The notes under the pieces are model-generated. The model saw only the letters and a program-made list of their open reading frames with translations. It made no database searches and was not told the origin of the DNA. From Octopus vulgaris (taxonomy: Eukaryota): a stretch of DNA of 64,000 nt. Of the stretch, positions 29,634 to 44,016 are shown piece after piece (within the stretch, counting starts at the first letter, position 1; each line of letters opens with the position of its first letter). A program made the position numbers and the translations under genes. The DNA lies in assembly GCA_951406725.2 (NCBI GenBank), contig OX597818.1, positions 52,452,001 to 52,516,000 of the forward strand, in the 5' to 3' direction.

Positions 29634-30379
29634 TATGTTTCGTACAGACAATTCTTTTAGTTATGAAATAATTAAAAACAAGAACTATCCTTTATTTCCC
29701 ATCTATTTCTAATTTAACATTTGTGTTTCTTTAAAGACAAAGACAAGCCATTTCAGACATTCTCTTCGTTTTAATTTCGTTCTTCTCTTTTTAACCGTGG
29801 TCACCAGTGTGTTGCGCCCCAGAAGTCAATGAAACGTCGAAAGTGTATTTGAAGAGATTGACGAATTTTTTCCCCTTTCCTTTGTACAGAAAAGAAATAT
29901 TTGTAAGTATTTATTTTTATATTTTACTTTTTTTTTATCATTCATTGAACTGTGGCCAGTATTTTTAAAGTCTCGTGCAATAGTTATTCTATCAGTATTC
30001 TTTGACGAAACGTTAAGTTATGGGACGTAACGTGCACGAGGACGTCCTCGTGAACGACCACCACAACAAACACATATACAAAACAACACCAAGGGAGGAC
30101 AAACACATACACACTCATGTATACAACGGGATTCTGCACATTTTGTGTGTCCAAATGTATTTACAAGGCTTTGCTCGGTCTGGGGTCGTAGCAGAAGCCA
30201 CTTACCCAGTGTTCCACGCAGTGGGACTGAACCCCAAACTATGAAGTTTGGAAGGAGGCTTCTTACCACATAGCCATGCTACGCCCATTGAACGAATATT
30301 TTTCAAAAATTATTGAGAAAATTCTTGGTTAAACTTGGAAAAACTTAGGAATCAACAACCCCACCATATATACATATAT

Positions 30380-30563
30380 ATTTCTTTACTACCCACAAGG
30401 GGTTAAACATAGGCGGGACAAACAAGGACAGACAAAGGGATTAAGTTGATTACATCGACCCCAGTGCGAAATTGGTACTTTATTTATCGGCCCCGAAAGA
30501 ATGAAAGGCAAAGTGGACCTCGGCGGAATTTGAAATCAGAACGTAACGACAGACGAAATACCG

Positions 30564-30565
<2 letters not shown>
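30380..30565 (-). mobile_element. SINE group A body unit
   Basis: Matches the group A body. Confidence 0.85.
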
Positions 30566-30618
<53 letters not shown>

Positions 30619-31401
30619 CATGCATGTATGCGTACATACATCATACATACATATTGGGTTCAGACATTCTGTAGAAGAGATTAACTATATGAAAAAATTC
30701 ATCGATGTTTGCAAATATATTTGTTTAACCACAAAATTTATCTGCTTATACAAATATTCTTTACTTGTTTACATATAATTATTTTATCTACAGATCAAAA
30801 AAAAAGGAAAGAATTATTCTGTCTAATCAAATACTCCTTCGAATGTTCCATCTCTTTATTGAGCACATCAACTGATAAAAAAATGACAAAAAAAAAAAAA
30901 AAAAACGAAACGAAACATAAATCCCCAAACAAGCAGAATGGTTGAAAAGGGTCTGTCTATGGATATAGAAACGATAAATGCTATATTAAACGAAGATACA
31001 AAAGAAAGCATCGGTTTATGTATTTTTAATTATCGCATACAAATAAATAAATAAATAAAAGTATGGTGGAACACATCTCCGAAAAACATTCTCCCTCTCA
31101 AAAATTGCAGCTTCACTTCTGTCTTTCTTTTTTTTTTCTCTCTCTCTTTCTGTATGTATGTTTTATATTGGCAGAATCGTTAATGCTCTTAGCAGAATGT
31201 CATCTGTTTTACGTTCAAATTTCGCCGAGGTCGACTCTGCTTTTCTTTCACCTTAAAAACCTTTGGCGCTGTCCTAAAATTTGAACTCATTACATATATA
31301 TGTATATATATATATATATATATATACATATCCCGTCGAAGACAATGAATGAGCGTCAACTTTTGTCAAACGTCTTGAACAAATGAATTGTTTATAATGA
31401 T

Positions 31402-31439
<38 letters not shown>

Positions 31440-31624
31440 CATACATGCATGCATAAAACACACTAACACACGCACACGCACATATATATATCTTAGTAGC
31501 TTCTAAGCTGACGTGAATACAGCATGGACTTCTTTGTCTTCTTAACCTCTTAAGAGGATTTAGGTAAACTTATACAAATTTGTCCAACTGATTAAATAAA
31601 TTCTATTTATTTATTTATTTATTT

Positions 31625-31712
31625 ATGTAGCTGAGGATAGCTCTGCATTTAGATTGATGTAATGATTGCACTGTTCAATTAAATGGAGTCGCTTGAAACG
31701 ATCGTACTGCAT
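31625..31712 (+). ncRNA. Type I hammerhead ribozyme (extended stem II, palindromic stem III)
   Basis: ATGTAG-CTGAGGA-[AGC...GCT]-GAAAC-GATC-GTA-CTGCAT; stem I ATGTAG/CTGCAT; ACGATCGT palindrome. Confidence 0.8.
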
Positions 31713-31775
31713 CACCTCTAGATATCCTGTTGCTTATTTTGATTATGTTATGTATGTGTATGTATGTTATGTGTA

Positions 31776-31841
<66 letters not shown>

Positions 31842-32187
31842 ATATGTGCCTGTATGTATATACATTATTATATGTATGTATGGATATTCGCATGTGTATG
31901 TATGTGGGTTTGTATGTATATTTATTTTATATGTTCTTTTATGTATACTTATCTACTTCTTCCCTCCACTAATAACAACAACAACAAACTGGCTAAAAGC
32001 GATAGTCTTCTAATTTACCTAAAACTCTATTCAATTATTCTATTTATTCATTTATTTACTTTATCACTGATTCTTTTGACCACTCCCCAAGAAAGACAGT
32101 TTGTGCTCTGCTTACCCCAAAATTCCCCCACCATCACCCCATTAAATCTGCCTAAATGTATAAATGCTAGAACTTATTTTGACAGCA

Positions 32188-32238
32188 AGCTTCCTGATGA
32201 TTTCATTTGAATGAAACAGTTCTAGTCCTGTAGAAGCT
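32188..32238 (+). ncRNA. Type I hammerhead ribozyme
   Basis: AGCTTC-CTGATGA-TTTCATTTGAAT-GAA-ACAG-ttctagtc-CTGT-A-GAAGCT; perfect 6-bp stem I, 4-bp stem III, GUA cleavage triplet. Confidence 0.85.
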
Positions 32239-32320
32239 CCTTCTATAAAATAAATTAATTTACTCTGCTATGTATTGAGTACCTTGTTTACTGTGGTTAA
32301 CCCCGACTCAACCCGGGACC

Positions 32321-33155
<835 letters not shown>

Positions 33156-33156
33156 A

Positions 33157-33220
<64 letters not shown>

Positions 33221-33221
<1 letters not shown>

Positions 33222-33510
33222 CCAATTAAGGACTGAACACGAAAAGTGGACAGTCAACATGCTAGATATAGACGTCAAATCGCCATTCTCCACAAACTAT
33301 TATGTTCTCAGATCAAACTCAGCACTAAGTTTGATCTGAGAACATAATAGTTTGTGGAGAATGGCGATTTGACGTCTATATCTAGCATGTTGACTGTCCA
33401 CTTTTCGTGTTCAGTCCTTAATTGGTATATATAAATATTTTAAGCTTCGGATTCTTTTTTAATATGCTAGACCACTGGTCTTTATTGATAAATATCAATT
33501 TCTATCCTTA

Positions 33511-33520
<10 letters not shown>
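33221..33520. mobile_element. Fold-back element: perfect 99-bp inverted arms (33221-33319 / 33328-33426) plus ~95-bp extension; Penelope-like architecture
   Basis: Arms checked base by base; 8-nt spacer; (TA)n on both flanks. Confidence 0.75.
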
Positions 33521-33543
<23 letters not shown>

Positions 33544-33698
33544 GTAGTACAAAGTAAGATAGGAGTTATGAGGGTAACCCACTATGGGATATCAGTTATC
33601 CAATATACTGCTGGTGAAGTACCCAAATGCCAAATACATAAAAGCTTATAATTGCAATGCAATTAATTCATTTATTGTATCTCATCCATTTTCTTATT

Positions 33699-33753
<55 letters not shown>

Positions 33754-33823
33754 CAGGGTAGTAAACATTAAGGCAAGGCAAACATCTCAAGTCATATACG
33801 ATATTATTACAGGAAGAAATTCA

Positions 33824-33885
33824 AAATCTTACACCTGTTTCTGGGATATCCCCAACTATGGGATATTCCGTCATCAGAGAAAAAT
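33824..33885 (-). ncRNA. Type I hammerhead ribozyme
   Basis: Minus strand TTTCT-CTGATGA-C-GGAATATCCC-atagttg-GGGATATCCC-A-GAAAC-AGGT-GTA-AGA; strong stem II, short stem I. Confidence 0.7.
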
Positions 33886-34139
33886 GGGGGTAAAAATAGA
33901 GGAAATGAGAATGGTATGTATCAATAAGATGACGACATAGAAGAAAGAGTAAAAGAATAAGGAGATGGAAAGAAAGAAGAAAAAGAAACATAGAAGTTCG
34001 TGCCCCAGCATGGCCACAGCTCGCGAGCTGAAACTAGATGAAATAAAAATTCGTTATAACACTTATCTAGCGTACCAAATTGTTTTGATCACCTGTGAAC
34101 TAAATCCCCATACTTTGTATGTGTGTATATATGGCGCTA

Positions 34140-34330
34140 TTTGTATGTGTGTATATATAGCGCTATTTCGTCTGTCTTTACTTTCTGAGTTCCAATGCCA
34201 CCGAGGTCGACTTTGTCTTTCATCCATTCGGGGTCGATAAATTAAGTACCAGTTGTGTACTGGGATCGATTTAATCGACTGGCCCCTCCTCAAAAATGTC
34301 GGGCCTTGTGTCTAGAGTAGACAAGATTAT
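34140..34330 (+). mobile_element. SINE group A body with alternative tail
   Basis: Body plus GGGCCTTGTGTCTAGAGTAG tail. Confidence 0.8.
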
Positions 34331-34439
34331 TATTGTTGTCATTGCCTTTGGTTACGGAGCCTAAGTGCACCTACAACAACTGAGATTACTTTTGTAAAAA
34401 CCCCTCCTTAGTCATCGTGTTTCCTTAGCCAAACCTCTC

Positions 34440-34917
<478 letters not shown>

Positions 34918-34984
34918 ACCCTGGTATTTTTCTATTTTATTCTTGTTCTTCGACCGATAGATTCATGTCCGTAAATATAGTCAC

Positions 34985-35312
34985 ATTTATGATGGTGCAT
35001 TCTTCTCTTCCTTGTCCAGAACCTTAATATCTGGTCGTCTGGCATCAATCTGTACATTAAGATCCCATAAAATCTTGTACTGGCCGGTCTGTTACACTTT
35101 ATGGCTGGTGTTTGTACCACCATTTTCTTCCTCCTTTAAATCCTCTTTGCCGTAATATGTCCCAGTGTAATCCATCAGTCACAAAGTCGTATCTGCGTCT
35201 ATATTCCTTCTGTGTCAAAGGACTACTTGAACTTATTATGTACATAATGGATTCCTGTTTCTCATTCCATACTCTGCACTTTACACTTTCCGCGGATTTG
35301 TCTATTTTGGCC
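34985..35312 (-). mobile_element. Decayed R4/Dong-type fragment (zinc knuckle/RLE region), interrupted by a SINE
   Basis: CRVWNEKQESIMYIISS..L.QKEYRRRYD.V...LHW aligns by eye with CRICGDGQETINHIISSC..L.KKEYIHRHD.V...IHW of the 42618 ORF. Confidence 0.75.
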
Positions 35313-35313
35313 T

Positions 35314-35702
35314 TGTGGAGGCGCAATGGCCCAGTGGTTAGGGCAGCGGACTCGCGGTCATAGGATTGCGGTTTCGATTCCCAGACCGGGCGTTGTGAGT
35401 GTTTATTGAGCGAAAACACCTAAAAAAGCTCCACGAGGCTCCGGCAGGGGATGGTGGTGATCCCTGCTGTACTCTTTCACCACAACTTTCTCTCACTCTT
35501 ACTTCCTGTTTCTGTTGTACCTGTATTTCAAAGGGCCGGCCTTGTCACTCTCTGTGTCACGCTGAATATCCCCCGAGAACTACGTTAAGGGTGCACGTGT
35601 CTGTGGAGTGCTCAGCCACTTACACGTTAATTTCACGAGCAGGCTGTTCCGTTGATTCGGATCAACCGGAACCCTCGTCGTCGTAACCGACGGAGTGCTT
35701 CC
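35314..35702 (+). mobile_element. SINE group C (tRNA-Arg-like head), tail type 1
   Basis: GTGGAGGCGCAATGGCCCAGTGGTTAGGGCAGCGGACTCGCGG..GGTTTCGATTCCC; matches 39542-39928. Confidence 0.9.
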
Positions 35703-36203
35703 CCTCCCCTTATGATATTCGTCCGCAATGACTGGCTTCGAGCGACCATCACGAGTCCTTCTGTATCTTTCTAACGGTCTCCATTCTTCAGCCATAACTA
35801 AAACTCATTTACTGTGACCTCCTGCGTTTGTCTGCGATGTTAACCGTGTTGTTCTTTTCTCCAGATGTTTCTTTCTTGCTCCTGTTTTTTTTTCTTTTTT
35901 ATTGCAATTCTATTACCGTCTCTACAGCTTCTTCTCTTCTCCTCTGGCAGCTGAAATCAATTTTTCTGCATTATTTTTGAGTTGTCACGAAACCAATTTC
36001 AATCAATAACGTCAGAGGCTTTCACAGCTACAATTATTTAACTAAAATTATTTATGTCTGGATATATTTCGTGACTCGTTCAAGGAATAAAAACTCTTCA
36101 GATTTCTAAATCAGGCATTTATAGCTTATAACAGGTGTTGTATTTTCTTTTAATGCCCTTATAAAGGGTATAACTAAACGCTTAATCTTTAGATACTGTA
36201 TTT

Positions 36204-36507
36204 GTGGAGGTACATGGCCTAGTGGTTAGAGCAGCGGACTCGCGGTCGATGGATCGCGAGTTCGAATCTCAGACCGGACGATGTGTGTGTGTCTATGAGC
36301 GAAACACCTAAGCTCCACGCGGCTCCGGCAGAAGGTAATGGCGGACGTCTGCTGACTCTTTCGCCACAACTTTCTCTCACCCTTTCCTCCTGCATCTTGC
36401 AGCTCACCTACGACGGACCGGCATCCCGTCCAAGTGGGAAACCTATACGCCAAGGAAACCGGGAAACCGGCCCTTATGAGCCAGGCATGACTTGAGAAGG
36501 AACAGAC
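36204..36507 (+). mobile_element. SINE group C variant, tail type 3
   Basis: tRNA-like head; TSD ATACTGTATTT at 36193-36203 and 36508-36518. Confidence 0.9.
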
Positions 36508-36807
36508 ATACTGTATTTTCTGCCAAAGTCGAATTTTTCAAACCAAAATTTACAGCCCAAAACGATAGGTTGACTTATACGCTAAGCAGACTCGAGGACC
36601 TAAAAACTCCATGTGAAATGCATCAGGATTTGAAAAGATGGTAAGGATGTTCGAAAGTTTACACAGAGAGTACAGTGTAAAAGACTTGCCGAAGAAACAC
36701 ATTGTTATTGCCGTACTTCATGTTACATTCACTTACAGATAATTAAACGTGACTAACACCATCCTGAGTCTATAATGTCTTGATAGGATTTCGACATTTT
36801 ACATATA

Positions 36808-37345
36808 CTAGCAGTATCTCCCGGCTTTGCTCGGGTTTGTTTCGACCCTTTAGAATTGGAATTTTTGAACAGATAAGTTTTGAACATAATGTAGCTTGTA
36901 ATTCCCTTTAAGTGAACATTTTTCTGGTTGAAAAACCGAAAAAATGGCTTACTTAGAAGCGGTGCAGTCAAAGCAGTCAAATCGTGAAACAAATAAAAGA
37001 TTTTCATAATGAATAAAAGACCTTAGGTTTGATGTACAGATAATTTTGGTGTTACTATCAGTATCGCCCGTACGATTGCTCGAATTTTTTTCGATCCTTT
37101 AGAATTGAAATTTTGAGCAAGCCTTCTTCTATGTAGCTTGTTATTCTCAATTTTGGTCAACATTTTCCTGGTTGAAATACACCGAAAAATGGAGACACTA
37201 GTCAAAAAATCGTTAGTTGAATTTTCTACCAAACCTGCCACACACACAGACAACTTCAGCTTTGATGTAAATAATCGATTTACATTCCGATTTGCCGATT
37301 TGAACTTTGCACAGAAAGGAAGAGCAAGCCTTCTTCTATCATGTT
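36808..37345 (-). mobile_element. Two tandem decayed non-autonomous Helitron copies
   Basis: Reverse complement of the 24839-25223 family; CTAG/T end at 36807-36811. Confidence 0.75.
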
Positions 37346-37362
37346 CTCATTTACAGATTCTT

Positions 37363-37725
37363 TTACTCTTTTACTCTTTTACTTGATTCAGTCATTTGAC
37401 TGCGGCCATGCTGGAGCACCGCCTTTACTCGAGCAAATCGACCCCAGGACTTATTCTTTGTAAGCCTAGTATTTATTCTATCGGGTTCTCTTATGCCGAA
37501 CCGCTAAGTTACGGGGACGTAAACACACCAGCATCGGTTGTCAAGCGATGTTGGGGGGACAAACACAGACACATATGCACATACATACATACATATACAC
37601 ATATACGACGGGCTTCTTTCAGTTTGCGTCTACCAAATCCACTCACGAGGCTTTGGTCGGCCCGAGGATATAGTAGAAGACACTTGCCCAAAGTGCCACG
37701 CAGTGGGATTGAACCCAGAACCATA
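37363..37725 (-). mobile_element. SINE group B, slightly 5'-truncated
   Basis: Collinear with the other copies. Confidence 0.9.
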
Positions 37726-37819
37726 ATCATTTATTATTTTTTTTATTAGTTCATGCTTCTCACGTGGTTTACTGTTCCTATTTCATCGATTACAATTTAT
37801 AAATATGTATATATACATA

Positions 37820-38127
37820 ACATCACGTCACGTGACCGACCAGTCCATCAGATGTAGTTACACATCGCTGGTCACAATGCGTTCGGATTGTTTTAGCCTT
37901 CGAATGACGCCACCCCGCTGGCTAAGCGAGCAGGCCAACAGAAGAAAGAGTGGGAGAAAGAGTGGTGAAAGAGTACAGCAGGGATCACCACCATACCCTG
38001 CCGGAGCCTCATGGAGCTTTTAGGTGTTTTCGCTCGATAAACACCCACAACGCCCGGTCTGGGAATCGAAACCGCGATCCTACGACCGCGAGTCCGCTGC
38101 CCTAATCACTAGGCCATTGCGCCTCCA
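37820..38127 (-). mobile_element. SINE group C variant, tail type 2
   Basis: Same head and body as 35314, different 3' third. Confidence 0.85.
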
Positions 38128-38138
38128 TATATACACAC

Positions 38139-38284
<146 letters not shown>

Positions 38285-38779
38285 CACTTTTGGTCTTTGT
38301 TTCGCCAATGAATCAAATTACCCTGACGTACAAACGTTCAACCCACTAAACTTAGTTGTCATGTCAAAAAGCTGTGGTTTCTTGATTTTTACTTTCCTGT
38401 CGTCATCTTTGTCATCTGGAACAGATTCCCAACACATGTTTTGCCGATTCAGTTTTAAATATGACCTTCAGAATCGAAAGCCAAGCGAATGGTAAAAGCA
38501 AAGTATTCAAACAAACGATCTTGATGTCTTTTTTTTCTTTTATTTATTTCTCTCCAAAGTTCAAATGGCTAAGGGTTTGTCTTTGTTCTACCTAAATACA
38601 TTAAAGTACGTCACTATATTCATATCACATTTTCTGAATCGTACGATTGACAGATGCGACTATATTTTAGCGTATTTTAATAGTATTTTCGCAAAATTCT
38701 ATTCGTGTAAATTCGTTTTGACCAAACATTTTCTCAAATTTTTGTCTTTCCCACGGTGCTAATGAAGCCATTGTTTCCT

Positions 38780-39152
38780 TTATCTTTTATCATTTACTTG
38801 TTTCATACATTGGATTGGGCCATACTGGAGCACCGCCTTGGACAGTTTTCTTCGATCAAATTGACACCAATATTTTATTTTTAAGACTGGTGTTCATTCT
38901 GTCGGTTTGTTTTGCTGAACCGCTAAGCTATGGAGCCTTAAACAAGCCAACACCGATTGTCAAGCGGTGGTGAGGAACACGTACAGACACATATGCAACA
39001 GGTTTCTTTGAGTTTCCGACTACTAAATCCACTTACAAGGCTTTGGTCAACCCGAAGCTGTAGTAGAAGACATTTGTCCAAGGTTTCATGCAGTGGAACC
39101 GAACCTGTAATCATGTGGTTTCCAAGCAAACTTCTTACCACATAGCTACGCC
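38780..39152 (-). mobile_element. SINE group B, diverged
   Basis: Collinear with the other copies but with many substitutions. Confidence 0.75.
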
Positions 39153-39156
39153 TATA

Positions 39157-40125
39157 CAGTATCTCACAGAAGTATGTACACCCCTAAAATTCTTCAGTAA
39201 AATTGCCATTACTCTGATAATATGGAAGGAAACCAAACGAAAATTATACCGAATAATATATATTTCTTTACTACCCACAAGGGGCCAAACACAGAGGAGA
39301 CAAACAAGGACAGACAAAGGAGTTAAGTCAATTATATCGACCCCAGTGCGTAACTGGTACTTAATTTATCGACGCTGAAAGAATGAAAGGCAAAGTCGAC
39401 CTCGGCGGAATTTGAACTCAGAACGTAGCGGCAGACGAAATACTGCAAAGCATTTCGCAAATATTATATTCAAATTTAGAACACAAAATAAACATTTTCA
39501 AAGATATGAACGAAATATTTATTTTCAAACAATACAAAACTGTGTGGAAGCACTCCGTCGGTTACAACGACGAGGGTTCCGGTTGATCCGATCAACGGAA
39601 CAGCCTGCTCATGAAATTAACGTGTAAGTGGCTGAGCACTCCACAGACACGTGTACCCTTAACGTAGTTCTCGGGGATATTCAGCGTGACACAGAGAGTG
39701 ACAAGGCCGGCCCTTTGAAATACAGGTACAACAGAAACAGGAAGTAAGAGTGAGAGAAAGTTGTGGTGAAAGAGTACAGCAGGGATCACCACCATCCCCG
39801 CCGGAGCCTCGTGGAGCTTTTAGGTGTTTTCGCTCAATAAACACTCACAACGCCCGGTCTGGGAATCGAAACCGCGATCCTACGACCGTGAGTCCGCTGC
39901 CCTAACCACTGGGCCATTGCGCCTCCACTAATACAAAACTACGTACACTCTAAAGGCTTATTTGCTGTATTCAGTATTTGGTGTGGCCGTCTTTGCTTTC
40001 AATGAATGCATTAAGTCTTCTGGGCATTGAGTCAACTACATTTCCGCATATGACCAATGAAATCTACCTCCATTCATCCTGAATGATGTCTTTCAACTGT
40101 GTTACATTGCGGGGATTTTCTCTTC
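39157..40125 (-). mobile_element. Tc1-family remnant (3' TIR plus transposase C-terminus) carrying nested SINE A (39260-39458) and SINE C (39542-39928)
   Basis: TA/CAGTATCTCACAGAAGTATGTACACCCC terminus; minus strand QLKDIIQDEW...VVDSMPRRLNAFIESKDGHTKY*; SINE C TSD AATACAAAACT. Confidence 0.8.
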
Positions 40126-40129
40126 AGTT

Positions 40130-40530
40130 AAAATAAGATGTTAGCAAAAAGCTGAAGATCAGTGAAAAAGAGAATACCTACGATGAACTATTGAGAAATC
40201 TGCAGTTACTCTATCCAGATTACGAGTTCAGGTTTATACCTGTAATTGTTGGGACCCTGGGATATGTAACACTGTCTAAATACCACTCTTGAGAAATTAG
40301 GCTTCCCAAAACCAGAAAGGAGAAAGCTAATTCGAAGACTACAGATCCAATCCGTCACTGGAACTGTAAAAATCTGTAAAACATTTCAGAAGTTTATCAT
40401 TTAAATATATATGAACATGTCTAGGTAAAACATTTCAGAAGTTTATCATTTAAATATATATGAACATGTCTAGATATACAACTATATGCATGAGAATACA
40501 TACATAAAACAAAATATACAAATCTGCACA
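40130..40530 (+). mobile_element. 3' end of an RLE-type non-LTR element running into (TACA)n
   Basis: KISEKENTYDELLRNLQLLYPDYEFRFIPVIVGTLGYV resembles the K..KY..L...P.IVGALG RLE C-terminus. Confidence 0.7.
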
Positions 40531-40994
40531 TATACATACATGCATACATACATACATACATACATACATACATACATACATACATACATACATACATACA
40601 TACATACGTGCATATATACATACATATATACATAGATACACACACATACATACATGCATACATACATACATACATACACACACATACATACATACACACA
40701 CATACTTACATACATACATGCTTACATGCAGGCATACATACATACATACGTACATACATACATACATGCATACACGCAGGCATACATACATACATACATA
40801 TATATACACACACATACATACATACATACATATATACACGCATACATACACGCAGGCATACATACATACATATATACACATACATACATACATACATACA
40901 TACATACATACATACATACATACATACATACACATACATACATACATACACACATACATACATACAAACATACATACATACATACATACATACA

Positions 40995-41028
<34 letters not shown>

Positions 41029-41356
41029 CATACATACACACACATACATACATACATACATATATACACGCATACATACATACATATATACACATACATA
41101 CATGCATACATGTATACATACATACATACATACATACATACACACATACATACATACATACATACATACATACACACATACATACATACATACATACACA
41201 CAAACATGCATACATGCATACATACATACATACACACAAACATGCATACATACATACATACACATACATACACATACATACATACATACATACATATGTA
41301 CACACACATACATACATACATACATACATACATACATACATACATACATACATACA

Positions 41357-41387
<31 letters not shown>

Positions 41388-41390
41388 GCA
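40530..41390. repeat. ~860-bp degenerate (TACA)n microsatellite
   Basis: Direct inspection. Confidence 0.97.
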
Positions 41391-41436
41391 AAGCCAAAAA
41401 TGACAGAGAAATAATTTCATGAAATTTTATTTAGCA

Positions 41437-41865
41437 TTTCCCAGTCTTACCTGCCAAAGCACATCCAAGAACAGCATGACTGGGTAATTGCCTTTTCAGC
41501 GGGAGTGCCTTCTCGTTGTCGGTCAACAGAAAGAACAAGAGGCTACAGCCTCTGTGTGAAAACTGCAAGTAATAACAAGTGCAGTGGTTCCTCATTTGCA
41601 TAAACGTACATTGACCGGTAAACTTTATTTACTAGTAACGTTTAGTACTGAGACACTGGTGTATAGATAAATTGTGTAGTAATTTCATATACGTATGCCT
41701 CGCACACATCTGTTCATCCTTATAAACACAACATGGGCGTAGGGTTAAGAGTTTCGCTTCGTAAACACGATACTCTTGTTTCGATTTCACTCTTTAACCT
41801 CTTGGGTACGTCCGCCTGGGCGCACTGGTATAAATACATACGCACACACACACATATACACATGC

Positions 41866-41910
<45 letters not shown>

Positions 41911-42025
41911 CACACACTCACACATACAGCTATCTGCGTTGTCCAGTCTGTAGATATATTTATATGTTTATTTTATTTTACTTTACTGTATATATATCAT
42001 TACCTTAATAATAATAATAATAATA
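41437..42025. repeat. Copy 1 of ~600-bp inverted duplication (partner 55440-56060), containing octamer ATTTGCAT at 41594-41601
   Basis: Near-identical reverse-complement match, reflected in twin ORFs 41733-42008(+) and 55398-55763(-). Confidence 0.92.
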
Positions 42026-42045
42026 TGGTTTTATGATGATGATGG

Positions 42046-42137
<92 letters not shown>

Positions 42138-42141
<4 letters not shown>

Positions 42142-42460
42142 TGGAGAAACTTTCAAAATACAAAAACCTGGAAATAGAGGTAACTCGAATGTGGAATCTT
42201 AAAGCAGAAACAATTCCTATCATAGTAGGTGCATTAGGCATGATAAAAAAAATATTTAGACAAATACATAGCAAAAACACCAGGACTTACAAACCCATAT
42301 AACATACAGAAAATTGCATTACTAGGCACTGCACACATCCTACTTAAAACACTTTCAATACAGTAACCATTAGAGAACCACAACAAATCGCAACACATAC
42401 CCAAGGCACACAGAGCTGCGCTCAGTAGTGAGCTGAAAGCATGCTATAAAAATAAAACTA

Positions 42461-42463
<3 letters not shown>
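42138..42463 (+). mobile_element. Short 3' fragment of Dong/R4-type element in (TAA)n
   Basis: Near-copy of 43697-44019. Confidence 0.9.
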
Positions 42464-42514
<51 letters not shown>

Positions 42515-42517
<3 letters not shown>

Positions 42518-44016
42518 CATCACACTAGATAAAACCAATGAAATAAAAGAATTAGACCAAAGCCAAACTTACAAATACTTAGGAATCCATGAACTAGATA
42601 AGACACAACACACACAAATGAAAGAGAAAATAAAAAAAGAATATTATAGACGAGTTAGATCAATACTAAAAACAGAGCTCAATGCTAAAAACAAGATAAT
42701 AGGTATCAACACTTTAGCTGTCCCAGTTATAAGTTACAGCTACAATATCCTTAACTGGACACGAAATGAACTGTCCAAAATAGATAGGAAAACAAGAAAA
42801 ATACTGACAGGATCTAGGATGCATCACCCAAAATCTGACATAGAAAGACTATATATACAACGTATAGAAGGTGGTAGAGGCCTTATACAGCTGGAAAACT
42901 ACTATAAAATAACCACCATAGGACTGCAAAAATACCTACTTCAGAAGGAAGGAAAACTGATCCAGATAGCAGCAAAACACGAGCAAAACAAAAAACTGTT
43001 CTCAGTATTTAAGGAAGCTGACAAATACAAACAAGAAATCATACCACCTAATAAACACAAAGAAGAAGAAGAAGATGATGAAGAAACAACAAAAGCTATA
43101 AAACAAATGAAATCCAAACTAAAAATAGAACAGCAACGAGCCATGATAAAACGATGGCAAGAAAAGCCCCTTCATGGTAAATACTGCACTAAACTAAACG
43201 CAAAAGAAATAGACAAAGAAAAATCCCAGCAATGGTTGAGAATCTCAGGACTCAAAGCAGAAACAGAGGGATTTTTAATTGCAGCACAAGACCAAAGCCT
43301 CCCCACCAGAAATTACCAAAAACATGTAATGAAAAGAAATATTACAAGTAACTGTAGAATATGTGGAGATGGACAAGAAACAATAAATCATATTATCTCT
43401 AGCTGCCCAGTCCTGGCTAAGAAGGAATATATTCACAGACATGACAGAGTTGGAACCTACATACATTGGAAGCTATGCCAACATTATGGAATAACAACAG
43501 AAAAAAGATGGTATAGGCACACACCAGAAAAGGTCACAGAAAACGAGAAAGCAACCATACTCTGGGATATGCCGATACACACAGATAGAGAAATTAAGGC
43601 CAACAGACCAGATATAGTTGTCAGAGATCATGAAGAAAAAAAATGCTTTCTAATTGATGTATCAATACCGGCAGATGACAACGTGTCTCTAAAAGAAATG
43701 GAGAAACTCTCAAAATACAAAGACCTGGAAATAGAGGTAACTAGAATGTGGAACCTGAAAACAGAAACAATTCCTATCATAGTAGGTGCATTAGGCATGA
43801 TAAAAAAATATTCAGACAAATACATAACAAAAACACCAGGACTTACAAACACATATAACATACAGAAAATTGCACTACTAGGCACTGCACACATCCTACG
43901 CAGAACACTTTCCATACAATAACCATAAGAGCATCACAACAAATCACAGCACATACCCAAGGCACACAGAGCTGCGCTCGGTAGTGAAGTGAAAGCACGC
44001 TATAAAAATAAAACTA

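Noticed and set aside
35314-35390. tRNA-Arg-like sequences here and at other SINE heads
   Set aside because: They continue into SINE bodies with TSDs and lack a proper acceptor stem; not tRNA genes
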